NCBI GenBank assembly: GCA_964016885.1
Contig: OZ024742.1
Location: forward strand, 332,258,001-332,322,000
Length of the DNA stretch: 64,000 nucleotides
From: Eledone cirrhosa
Lineage: Eukaryota
Direction of reading: 5' to 3'
Position numbers and translations under genes: made by a program. Position 1 is the stretch's first letter. Each line of letters starts with the position of its first letter. A model generated the notes under the pieces. That model did no database searches. It saw nothing but the letters and a program-made list of their open reading frames with translations, and had not been told where the DNA came from. This document shows positions 35,430 to 47,400 of the stretch, piece by piece.

Positions 35430-38400
35430 ATTATTGTTAGTGGTGTTGTTGTTACTGTTGCTGTTGGTGGTGTTGTTACTGTTGCTGGTGGTGTTGTTGT
35501 TACTGTTGCTGGTGGTGTTGTTGTTACTGTTGCAGGTGGTGTTGTTACTTTTGCTGGTGGTGTTGTTGTTACTGTTGCTGGTGGTGTTGTTACTGTTGCT
35601 GGTGGTGTTGTTGTTACTGTTGCAGGTGGTGTTGTTACTTTTGCTGGTGGTGTTGTTGTTACTGTTGCTGGTGGTGTTATTGTTATTGTTATTGTTGCTG
35701 GTGGTGTTGTTGTTACTGTTGCTGGTGGTGTTGTTGTTACTGTTGCTGGTGGTGTTGTTACTGTTGCTGGTGGTGTTGTTGTTACTGTTGTTGGTGGTGT
35801 TGTTACTGTTGCTGGTGGTGGTGTTGTTACTGTTGCTGGTGGTGTTGTTGTTACTGTTGTTGGTGGTGTTGTTACTTTTGCTGGTGGTGTTATTGTTATT
35901 GTTATTGTTGCTGGTGGTGTTGTTGTTACTGTTGCTGGTGGTGTTGTTGTTACTGTTGCTGGTGGTGTTGTTACTGTTGCTGGTGGTGTTGTTGTTACTG
36001 TTGTTGGTGGTGTTGTTACTGTTGCTGGTGGTGGTGTTGTTACTGTTGCTGGTGGTGTTGTTGTTACTGTTGTTGGTGGTGTTGTTGTTACTGTTGCTGG
36101 TGGTGTTGTTACTGTTGCTGCTGGTGGTGGTGTTACTGTTGCTGGTGGTGTTGTTGTTACTGTTGTTGGTGGTGTTGTTGTTACTGTTGCTGGTGGTGGT
36201 GTTGTTACTGTTGCTGGTGGTGTTGTTACTGTTGCTGGTGGTGTTGTTGTTACTGTTGTTGGTGGTGTTGTTGTTACTGTTGCTGGTGGTGTTGTTGTTA
36301 CTGTTGTTGGTGGTGTTGTTGTTACTGTTGCTGGTGGTGGTGTTGTTACTGTTGCTGGTGGTGGTGTTGTTACTGTTGCTGGTGGTGTTGTTGTTACTGT
36401 TGCTGGTGGTGGTGTTGTTACTGTTGCTGGTGGTGTTGTTGTTACTGTTGCTGGTGGTGGTGTTGTTACTGTTGCTGGTGGTGTTGTTACTGTTGCTGGT
36501 GGTGTTGTTGTTACTGTTGCTGGTGGTGATATTGTTACTGTTGCAGGTGGTGTTGTTACTTTTGCTGGTGGTGTTGTTGTTACTGTTGCTGGTGGTGTTG
36601 TTACTGTTGCTGGTGGTGTTGTTGTTACTGTTGCAGGTGGTGTTGTTACTTTTGCTGGTGGTGTTGTTGTTACTGTTGCTGGTAGTGTTGTTGTTACTGT
36701 TGCTGGTGGTGTTGTTGTTACTGTTGCTGGTGGTGGTGTTGTTACTGTTGCTGGTGGTGGTGTTGTTACTGTTGCTGGTGGTGGTGTTGTTACTGTTGGT
36801 GGTGGTGTTGTTGTTACTGTTGGTGGTGGTGGTGTTGTTACTGTTGCTGGTGGTGGTGTTGTTACTGTTACTGGTGGTGGTGTTGTTACTCTTGCTGGTG
36901 GTGTTGTTGTTACTGTTGCTGGTGGTGTTGTTGTTACTGTTGCTGGTGGTGGTGTTGTTACTGTTGGTGGTGGTGTAGTTGTTACTGTTGCTGGTGGTGT
37001 TGTTACTGTTACTGGTGGTGTTGTTACTGTTGATGGTGGTGTTGTTGTTACTGTTGGTGGTGGTGTAGTTGTTACTGTTGCTCGTGGTGTTGTTGTTATT
37101 GTTGCTGGTGGTGTTGTTGTTACTGTTGCTGGTGGTGTTGTTACTGTTGTTGGTGGTGTTGTTGTTACTGTTGCTGGTGGTGGTGTTGTTACTGTTGCTG
37201 GTGGTGGTGTTGTTACTGTTGGTGGTGGTGTTGTTGTTACTGTTGCTGGTGGTGTTGTTGTTATTGTTGCTGGTGGTGTTGTTGTTACTGTTGGTGGTGG
37301 TGTTGTTGTTACTGTTGGTGGTGGTGTTGTTGTTATTGTTGCTGGTGGTGTTGTTGTTACTGTTGCTGGTGGTGGTGTTGTTACTGTTGCTGGTGGTGTT
37401 GTTGTTACTGTTGGTGGTGGTGTAGTTGTTACTGTTGCTGGTGGTGTTATTACTGTTGCTGGTGGTGTTGTTGTTACTGTTGCTGGTGGTGTTTTTGTTA
37501 CTGTTGGTGGTGGTGTAGTTGTTACTGTTGCTGGTGGTGTTGTTACTGTTGCTGGTGGTGGTGTTGTTACTGTTGCTGGTGGTGTTGTTGTTACTGTTGG
37601 TGGTGGTGTAGTTGTTACTGTTGCTGGTGGTGTTGTTACTGTTGCTGGTGGTGTTGTTGTTATTGTTGCTGGTGGTGTTGTTGTTACTGTTGCTGGTGGT
37701 GTTGTTACTGTTGCTGGTGGTGTTGTTGTTACTGTTGCTGGTGGTGGTGTTGTTACTGTTGCTGGTGGTGGTGTTGTTACTGTTGGTGGTGGTGTTGTTG
37801 TTACTGTTGGTGGTGGTGTTGTTGTTACTGTTGCTGGTGGTGTTGTTTTTATTGTTGCTGGTGGTGTTGTTGTTATTGTTGCTGGTGGTGTTGTTGTTAC
37901 TGTTGCTGGTGGTGTTGTTACTGTTGCTGGTGGTGTTGTTGTTACTGTTGCTGGTGGTGGTGTTGTTACTGTTGGTGGTGGTGTTGTTGTTACTGTTGCT
38001 GGTGGTGTTGTTGTTATTGTTGCTGGTGGTGTTGTTGTTACTGTTGGTGGTGGTGTTGTTGCTACTGTTGGTGGTGGTGTTGTTGTTATTGTTGCTGGTG
38101 GTGTTGTTGTTACTGTTGCTGGTGGTGGTGTTGTTACTGTTGCTGGTGGTGTTGTTGTTACTGTTGGTGGTGGTGTAGTTGTTACTGTTGCTGGTAGTGT
38201 TGTTGTTACTGTTGCTGGTGGTGTTGTTGTTACTGTTGGTGGTGGTGTAGTTGTTACTGTTGCTGGTGGTGTTGTTACTGTTGCTGGTTGTGGTGTTGTT
38301 ACTGTTGCTGGTGGTGTTGTTGTTACTGTTGGTGGTGGTGTAGTTACTGTTGCTGGTGGTGTTGTTGTTACTGTTGCTGGTGGTGTTGTTGTTACTGTTG

Positions 38401-41400
38401 CTGGTGGTGTTGTTACTGTTGCTGGTGGTGTTGTTGTTACTGTTGCTGGTGGTGGTGTTGTTACTGTTGCTGGTGGTGGTGTTGTTACTGTTGGTGGTGG
38501 TGTTGTTGTTACTGTTGCTGGTGGTGTTGTTGTTATTGTTGCTGGTGGTGTTGTTACTGTTGCTGGTGGTGTTGTTGTTACTGTTGCTGGTGGTGTTGTT
38601 GTTATTGTTGCTGTTGGTTGTGTTGTTACTGTTACTGGTGTTGTTGTTGTTACTGTTGCTGGTGGTGTTGTTGTTATTGTTGCTGTTGGTGGTGTTGTTG
38701 TTGTTACTGTTGGTGGTGGTGGTGTTGTTACTGTTGGTGGTGGTGTTGTTGTTACTGTTGGTGGTGGTGGTGTTGTTACTGTTACTGGTGGTGTTGTTGT
38801 TACTGTTGGTGGTGGTGTTGTTGTTACTGTTGCTGGTGGTGTTGTTGTTACTGTTACTGGTGGTGTTGTTGTTACTGTTGGTGGTGGTGTTGTTGTTACT
38901 GTTGCTGGTGTTGTTGTTGTTACTGTTGTTGGTGGTGTTGTTGTTACTGTTGCTGGTGGTGTTGTTGTTACTGTTGCTGGTGGTGTTGTTGTTACTGTTG
39001 CTGGTGGTGTTGTTGTTACTGTTGCTGGTGGTGTTGTTGTTACTGTTACTGGTGGTGTTGTTGTTACTGTTGCTGGTGGTGTTGTTGTTACTGTTGCTGG
39101 TGGTGTTGTTGTTACTGTTACTGGTGGTGTTGTTGTAACTGTTGGTGGTGGTGTTGTTGTTACTGTTGCTGGTGGTGTTGTTGTTACTGTTGCTGGTGGT
39201 GTTGTTGTTACTGTTGCTGGTGGTGTTGTTATTACTGTTGGTGGTGGTGGTGTTGTTACTGTTGCTGGTGGTGTTGTTGTTACTGTTGGTGGTGGTGTTG
39301 TTGTTACTGTTGCTGGTGGTGTAGTTGTTACTGTTGCTGGTGGTGTTGTTACTGTTGCTGGTGGTGTTGTTGTTACTGTTGTTGGTGGTGTTGTTGTTAT
39401 TGTTGCTGTTGGTTGTGTTGTTACTGTTACTGGTGTTGTTGTTGTTACTGTTGCTGGTGGTGTTGTTGTTACTGTTACTCGTGGTGTTGTTGTTACTGTT
39501 TGTGGTGGTGTTGTTGTTACAGTTGCTGGTGGTTTTGTTGTTACTGTTGTTGGTGGTGTTGTTGTTATTGTTGCTGGATGACGTTGTTGTTACTGTTGCT
39601 GGTGGTGTTGTTGTTATTGTTGCTGTTGGTTGTGTTGTTACTGTTGCTGGTGGTGTTGTTGTTACTGTTGGTGGTGGTGTTGTTGTTACTGTTGCTGGTG
39701 GTGTTGTTGTTACTGTTGCTGGTGGTGTTGTTGTTATTGTTGCTGGTGGTTGTGTTGTTACTGTTACTGGTGGTGTTGTTGTTACTGTTGCTGGATGACG
39801 TTGTTGTTACTGTTGCTGGTGGTGTTGTTACTGTTGCTGGTGGTGTTCTTGTTATTGTTGCTGGTGCTGTTGTTGTTACTGTTGCTGGTGGTGTTGTTGT
39901 TACTGTTGCTGGATGACGTTGTTGTTACTGTTGGTGATGGTGTTGTTGTTACTGTTGGTGGTGGTGGTGTTGTTACTGTTGGTGGTGGTGGTGATGTTAC
40001 TGTTGGTGGTGGTGTTGTTGTTACTGTTGCTGGTGGTGTTGTTGTTACTGTTGGTGGTGGTGTTGTTGTTACTGTTGCTGGTGGTGTTGTTGTTACTGTT
40101 GGTGGTGGTGTTGTTGTTACTGTTGGTGGTGGTGTTGTTGTTACTGTTGCTGGTGGTGTTGTTGTTACTGTTGCTGGTGGTGTTGTTGTTACTGTTGCTG
40201 GTGGTGTTGTTGTTACTGTTACTGGTGGTGTTGTTGTTACTGTTGGTGGTGGTGGTGTTGTTACTGTTGGTGGTGGTGGTGTTGTTACTGTTGCTGGTGG
40301 TGTTGTTGTTACTGTTGCTGGTGGTGTTGTTGTTACTGTTACTGGTGGTGTTGTTGTTACTGTTGGTGGTGGTGGTGTTGTTACTGTTGGTGGTGGTGGT
40401 GTTGTTACTGTTGCTGGTGGTGTTGTTGTTACTGTTGCTGGTGGTGTTGTTGTTACTGTTGCTGGTGGTGTAGTTGTTACTGTTGCTGGTGGTGTTGTTA
40501 TTACTGTTGGTGGTGGTGGTGATGTTACTGTTGGTGGTGGTGTTGTTGTTACTGTTGCTGGTGGTGTTGTTGTTACTGTTACTGGTGGGGTTGTTGTTAC
40601 TGTTGGTGGTGGTGTTGTTACTGTTGGTGGTGGTGTTGTTGTTACTGTTGGTGGTGGTGGTGATGTTACTGTTGGTGGTGGTGTTGTTGTTACTGTTGGT
40701 GGTGGTGTTGTTGTTACTGTTGCTGGTGGTGTTGTTGTTACTGTTGGTGGTGGTGTTGTTACTGTTGGTGGTGGTGTTGTTGTTACTGTTGGTGGTGGTG
40801 GTGTTGTTACTGTTGCTGGTGGTGTTGTTGTTACTGTTGCTGGTGGTGTTGTTGTTACTGTTACTGGTGGTGTTGTTGTTATTGTTGCTGGATGACGTTA
40901 TTGTTACTGTTGCTGGTGGTGTTGTTGTTATTGTTGCTGGATGACGTTGTTGTTACTGTTGGTGGTGGTGTTGTTGTTACTGTTGCTGGTGGTGTTGTTG
41001 TTACTGTTGTTGGTGGTGGTGTTGTTACTGTTACTGGTGGTGTTGTTGTTACTGTTGCTGGTGGTGTTGTTGTTACTGTTGGTGGTGGTGATGTTGTTAC
41101 TGTTGCTGGTGGTGGTGTTGTTACTGTTACTGGTGGTGTTGTTGTTATTGTTGCTGGTGGTGTTGTTGTTACTGTTGGTGGTGGTGATGTTGTTACTGTT
41201 GCTGGTGGTGGTGTTGTTACTGTTACTGGTGGTGTTGTTGTTACTGTTGCTGGTGGTGTTGTTGTTACTGTTGCTGGTGGTGTTGTTGTTACTGTTACTG
41301 GTGGTGTTGTTGTTACTGTTGCTGGTGGTGGTGTTGTTGTTGTTACTGTTGGTGGTGTTGTTACTGTTGCTGGTGGTGTTGTTGTTACTGTTGCTGGTGG

Positions 41401-44400
41401 TGTTGTTATTATTGTTGCTGTTGGTGGTGTTGTTGTTGTTACTGTTGGTGGTGGTGGTGTTGTTACTGTTGGTGGTGGTGGTGTTGTTACTGTTGTTGGT
41501 GGTGTTGTTGTTATTGTTGGTGGTGGTGTTGTTGTTACTGTTACTGGTGTTGTTGTTGTTATTGTTGCTGGTGTTGTTGTTGTTACTGTTGGTGGTGGTG
41601 GTGTTGTTACTGTTGCTGGTGGTGGTGTTGTTACTGTTGCTGGTGGTGTTGTTGTTACTGTTGCTGGTGGTGTTGTTGTTACTGTTGGTGGTGTTGTTGT
41701 TGTTACTGTTGCTGGTGGTGTTGTTGTTACTGTTGCTGGTGGTGTTGTTGTTACTGTTGCTGGTGGTGGTGTTGTTACTGTTGCTGGTGGTGTTGTTGTT
41801 ACTGTTGTGGTGGTGTTGTTGTTATTGTTGCTGGTGGTGTTGTTGTTACTGTTGCTGGTGGTGTTGTTGTTACTGTTGCTGGTGGTGTTGTTGTTACTGT
41901 TGCTGGTGGTGTTGTTGTTACTGTTGCTGGTGGTGTTGTTGTTACTGTTGCTGGTGGTGGTGTTGTTACTGTTGTGGTGGTGTTGTTGTTATTGTTGCTG
42001 GTGGTGTTGTTGTTACTGTTGCTGGTGGTGTTGTTGTTACTGTTGCTGGTGGTGTTGTTGTTACTGTTGCTGGTGGTGTTGTTGTTACTGTTGCTGGTGG
42101 TGGTGTTGTTACTGTTGTGGTGGTGTTGTTGTTATTGTTGCTGGTGGTGTTGTTGTTACTGTTGCTGGTGGTGTTGTTGTTACTGTTGCTGGTGGTGTTG
42201 TTGTTACTGTTGCTGGTGGTGTTGTTGTTACTGTTGCTGGTGGTGTTGTTGTTACTGTTGCTGGTGGTGGTGTTGTTACTGTTGTGGTGGTGTTGTTGTT
42301 ATTGTTGCTGGTGGTGTTGTTGTTACTGTTGCTGGTGGTGTTGTTGTTACTGTTGCTGGTGGTGTTGTTGTTACTGTTGCTGGTGGTGTTGTTGTTACTG
42401 TTGCTGGTGGTGGTGTTGTTACTGTTGCTGGTGGTGTTGTTGTTACTGTTGCTGGTGGTGTTGTTACTGTTGCTGGTGGTGTTGTTGTTACTGTTGCTGG
42501 TGGTGTTGTTACTGTGCTGGTGGTGTTGTTGTTACTGTTACTGGTGTTGTTGTTGTTACTATTGGTGGTGGTGTTGTTACTGTTGCTGGTGGTGTTGTTG
42601 TTACTGTTGCTGGTGGTGTTGTTATTGTTGCTGGTGGTGTTGTTGTTACTGTTGCTGGTGTTGTTGTTATTGTTGCTGGTGGTGTTGTTGTTACTGTTGG
42701 TGGTGGTGTAGTTGTTACTGTTGCTGGTGGTGTTGTTACTGTTGGTGGTGGTGGTGTTGTTACTGTTGCTGGTGGTGTTGTTGTTACTGTTGCTGGTGGT
42801 GTTGTTGTTATTGTTGCTGGTGGTGCTGTTGTTACTGTTGCTGGTGGTGTTGTTATTGTTGCTGGTGGTGGTGTTGTTACTGTTGCTGGTGGTGTTGTTG
42901 TTACTGTTGGTGGTGTTGTTGTTGTTACTGTTGCTGGTGGTGTTGTTGTTACTGTTGCTGGTGGTGTTGTTATTGTTGCTGGTGGTTTTGTTGTTACTGT
43001 TGCTGGTGGTGTTGTTGTTACTGTTGCTGGTGGTGTTGTTGTTACTGTTGCTGGTGGTGTAGTTGTTACTGTTGCTGGTGTTGTTGTTGTTACTGTTGCT
43101 GGTGGTGTTGTTGTTGCTGTTGCTGGTGGTGTTGTTATTGTTGCTGGTGGTGTTGTTGTTACTGTTGCTGGTGGTGTTGTTGTTACTGTTGCTGGTGTTG
43201 TTGTTGTTACTGTTGCTGGTGGTGTTGTTGTTGCTGTTGCTGGTGGTGTTGTTATTGTTGCTGGTGGTGTTGTTGTTACTGTTGCTGGTGGTGTTGTTGT
43301 TACTGTTGCTGGTGGTGTAGTTGTTACTGTTGCTGGTGTTGTTGTTGTTACTGTTGCTGGTGGTGTTGTTGTTGCTGTTGCTGGTGGTGTTGTTATTGTT
43401 GCTGGTGGTGTTGTTGTTACTGTTGCTGGTGGTGTTGTTGTTACTGTTGCTGGAGGTGTTGTTGTTACTGTTGCTGGTGGTGGTGTTGTTATTGTTGCTG
43501 GTGGTGGTGTTGTTACTGTTGCTGGAGGTGTTGTTGTTACTGTTGCTGGTGGTGGTGTTGTTATTGTTGCTGGTGGTGGTGTTGTTACTGTTGCTGGTGG
43601 TGTTGTTGTTACTGTTGCTGGTGGTGGTGTTGTTACTGTTGCTGGTGGTGGTGTTGTTACTGTTGCTGGTGGTGTTGTTGTTACTGTTGCTGGTGGTGTT
43701 GTTGTTATTGTTGCTGGTGGTGGTGTTGTTACTGTTGCTGGTGTTGTTGTTGTTACTATTGCTGGTGGTGTTGTTGTTACTGTTGCTGGTGGTGTTGTTG
43801 CTGTTGCTGGTGTTGTTGTTATTGTTGCTGGTGGTGGTGTTGTTACTGTTGCTGGTGGTGTTGTTGTTACTGTTGCTGGAGGTGTTGTTGTTATTGTTGC
43901 TGGTGGTGGTGTTGTTACTGTTGCTGGTGGTGGTGTTGTTACTGTTGCTGGTGGTGTTGTTGTTACTGTTGCTGGTGGTGTTGTTGTTATTGTTGCTGGT
44001 GGTGGTGTTGTTACTGTTGCTGGTGGTGTTGTTGTTACTGTTGCTGGTGGTGGTGTTGTTACTGTTGGTGGTGGCGTTGTTGCTGTTGCTGGTGGTGTTG
44101 TTGTTACTGTTGCTGGTGGTGGTGTTGTTACTGTTGGTGGTGGCGTTGTTGCTGTTGCTGGTGGTGTTGTTGTTACTGTTGCTGGTGGTGGTGTTGTTAC
44201 TGTTGCTGGTGGTGTTTTTGTTACTGTTGCTGGTGGTGTTGTTGTTACTGTTGCTGGTGGTGTTGTTGTTATTGTTGCTGGTGGTGGTGTTGTTACTGTT
44301 GCTGGTGGTGTTTTTGTTACTGATGCTGCTGGTGTTGTTGTTACTGTTGCTGGTGGTGTTGTTGTTATTGTTGCTGGTGGTGTTGTTGTTACTGTTGCTG

Positions 44401-47400
44401 GTGGTGTTGTTATTGTTGCTGGTGGTGGTGTTGTTACTGTTGCTGGTGGTGTTGTTGTTACTGTTGGTGGTGTTGTTGTTGTTACTGTTGCTGGTGGTGT
44501 TGTTGTTACTGTTGCTGGTGGTGTTGTTACTGTTGCTGGTGGTGTTGTTACTGTTGCTGGTGGTGTTGTTGTTACTGTTGCTGGTGGTGTTGTTGTTACT
44601 GTTGCTGGTGGTGTTGTTGTTACTGTTGCTGGTGGTGTTGTTACTGTTGCTGGTGGTGTTGTTGTTATTGTTGCTGGTGGTGTTGTTGTTACTGTTGCTG
44701 GTGGTGTTGTTATTGTTGCTGGTGGTGGTGTTGTTACTGTTGCTGGTGGTGTTGTTGTTACTGTTGGTGGTGTTGTTGTTGTTACTGTTGCTGGTGGTGT
44801 TGTTGTTACTGTTGCTGGTGGTGTTGTTATTGTTGCTGGTGGTGTTGTTATTGTTGCTGGTGGTGTTGTTGTTACTGTTGCTGGTGGTGTTGTTGTTACT
44901 GTTGCTGGTGGTGTTGTTATTGTTGCTGGTGGTGTTGTTGTTACTGTTGCTAGTGTTGTTGTTATTGTTGCTGCTGGTGGTGGTGTTACTGTTGCTGGTG
45001 TTGTTGTTATTGTTGATGGTGGTGTTGTTGTTACTGTTGCTGGTGGTGTTGTTGTTACTGTTGCTGGTGGTGTTGTTACTGTTGTTGGTGGTGTTGTTGT
45101 TACTGTTGTTGGTGTTGGTGTTGTTACTGTTGTTGGTGGTGGCGTTGTTACTGTTGTGGTGGTGTTATTGTTACTGTTGCTGGTGGTGTTGTTGTTGTTG
45201 ATAGTGGTGTTGTTGTTACTGTTGCTGGTGGTGTTGTTGTTACTGTTGCTGGTGGTGTTGTTGTTACTGTTGCTGGTGGTGTTGTTGTTACTGTTGCTGG
45301 TGGTGTTGTTACTGTTGTTGGTGGTGTTGTTGTTACTGTTGTTGGTGTTGGTGTTGTTACTGTTGTTGGTGGTGGCGTTGTTACTGTTGTGGTGGTGTTA
45401 TTGTTACTGTTGCTGGTGGTGTTGTTGTTACTGTTGGTGGTGGTGTTGTTATTGTTGCTGGTGGTGTTGTTGTTACTGTTGCTGGTGTTGTTGTTATTGT
45501 TGCTGGTGGTGGTGTTGTTACTGTTGCTGGTGGTGTTGTTGTTACTGTTGCTGGAGGTGTTGTTGTTACTGTTGGTGGTGGTGATGTTGTTACTGTTGCT
45601 GGTGGTGGTGTTGTTACTGTTACTGGTGGTGTTGTTGTTACTGTTGCTGGTGGTGTTGTTGTTACTGTTGGTGGTGGTGATGTTGTTACTGTTGCTGGTG
45701 GTGGTGTTGTTACTGTTACTGGTGGTGTTGTTGTTACTGTTGCTGGTGGTGTTGTTGTTACTGTTGGTGGTGGTGATGTTGTTACTGTTGCTGGTGGTGT
45801 TGTTGTTACTGTTGCTGGTGGTGTTGTTGTTACTGTTGCTGGTGTTGTTGTTATTGTTGCTGGTGGTGTTGTTGTTACTGTTGGTGGTGGTGTAGTTGTT
45901 ACTGTTGCTGGTGGTGTTGTTACTGTTGCTGGTGGTGGTGTTGTTACTGTTGCTGGTGGTGTTGTTGTTACTGTTGCTGGTGGTGTTGTTGTTATTGTTG
46001 CTGGTGGTGTTGTTGTTACTGTTGCTGGTGGTGTTGTTATTGTTGCTGGTGGTGGTGTTGTTACTGTTGCTGGTGGTGTTGTTGTTACTGTTGGTGGTGG
46101 TGTTGTTACTGTTGCTGGTGGTGTTATTGTTACTGTTGCTGGTGGTGTTGTTGTTACTGTTGCTGGTGGTGTTGTTATTGTTGCTGGTGGTGTTGTTATT
46201 GTTGCTGGTGGTGTTGTTGTTGCTGTTGCTGGTGGTGTTGTTATTGTTGCTGGTGGTGTTGTTGTTACTGTTGCTGGTGTTGTTGTTATTGTTGCTGGTG
46301 GTGGTGTTGTTACTGTTGCTGGTGGTGTTGTTGTTACTGTTGCTGGAGGTGTTGTTGTTATTGTTGCTGGTGGTGGTGTTGTTACTGTTGCTGGTGGTGG
46401 TGTTGTTACTGTTGCTGGTGGTGGTGTTGTTACTGTTGCTGGTGGTGTTGTTGCTGTTGCTGGTGGTGTTGTTGTTACTGTTGCTGGTGGTGCTGTTGTT
46501 ACTGTTGCTGGTGGTGTTGTTGCTGTTGCTGGTGGTGTTGTTGTTACTGTTGCTGGTGGTGTTGTTGTTACTGTTGCTGGTGGTGTTGTTGTTATTTTTG
46601 CTGGTGGTGGTGTTGTTACTGTTGCTGGTGGTGTTGTTGTTACTGTTGCTGGTGGTGTTGTTGCTGTTGCTGGTGGCGTTGTTGTTACTGTTGCTGGTGG
46701 TGCTGTTGTTACTGTTGCTGGTGGTGTTGTTGTTACTGTTGCTGGAGGTGTTGTTGTTATTGTTGCTGGTGGTGTTGTTGTTACTGTTGTGGTGGTGTTG
46801 TTGTTATTGTTGCTGGTGGTGTTGTTGTTACTGTTGCTGGTGGTGTTGTTGTTACTGTTGCTGGTGGTGTTGTTGTTACTGTTGCTGGTGGTGTTGTTGT
46901 TACTGTTGCTGGTGGTGTTGTTGTTACTGTTGCTGGTGGTGGTGTTGTTACTGTTGTGGTGGTGTTGTTGTTATTGTTGCTGGTGGTGTTGTTGTTACTG
47001 TTGCTGGTGGTGTTGTTGTTACTGTTGCTGGTGGTGTTGTTGTTACTGTTGCTGGTGGTGTTGTTGTTACTGTTGCTGGTGGTGGTGTTGTTACTGTTGT
47101 GGTGGTGTTGTTGTTATTGTTGCTGGTGGTGTTGTTGTTACTGTTGCTGGTGGTGTTGTTGTTACTGTTGCTGGTGGTGTTGTTGTTACTGTTGCTGGTG
47201 GTGTTGTTGTTACTGTTGCTGGTGGTGTTGTTGTTACTGTTGCTGGTGGTGGTGTTGTTACTGTTGTGGTGGTGTTGTTGTTATTGTTGCTGGTGGTGTT
47301 GTTGTTACTGTTGCTGGTGGTGTTGTTGTTACTGTTGCTGGTGGTGTTGTTGTTACTGTTGCTGGTGGTGTTGTTGTTACTGTTGCTGGTGGTGGTGTTG

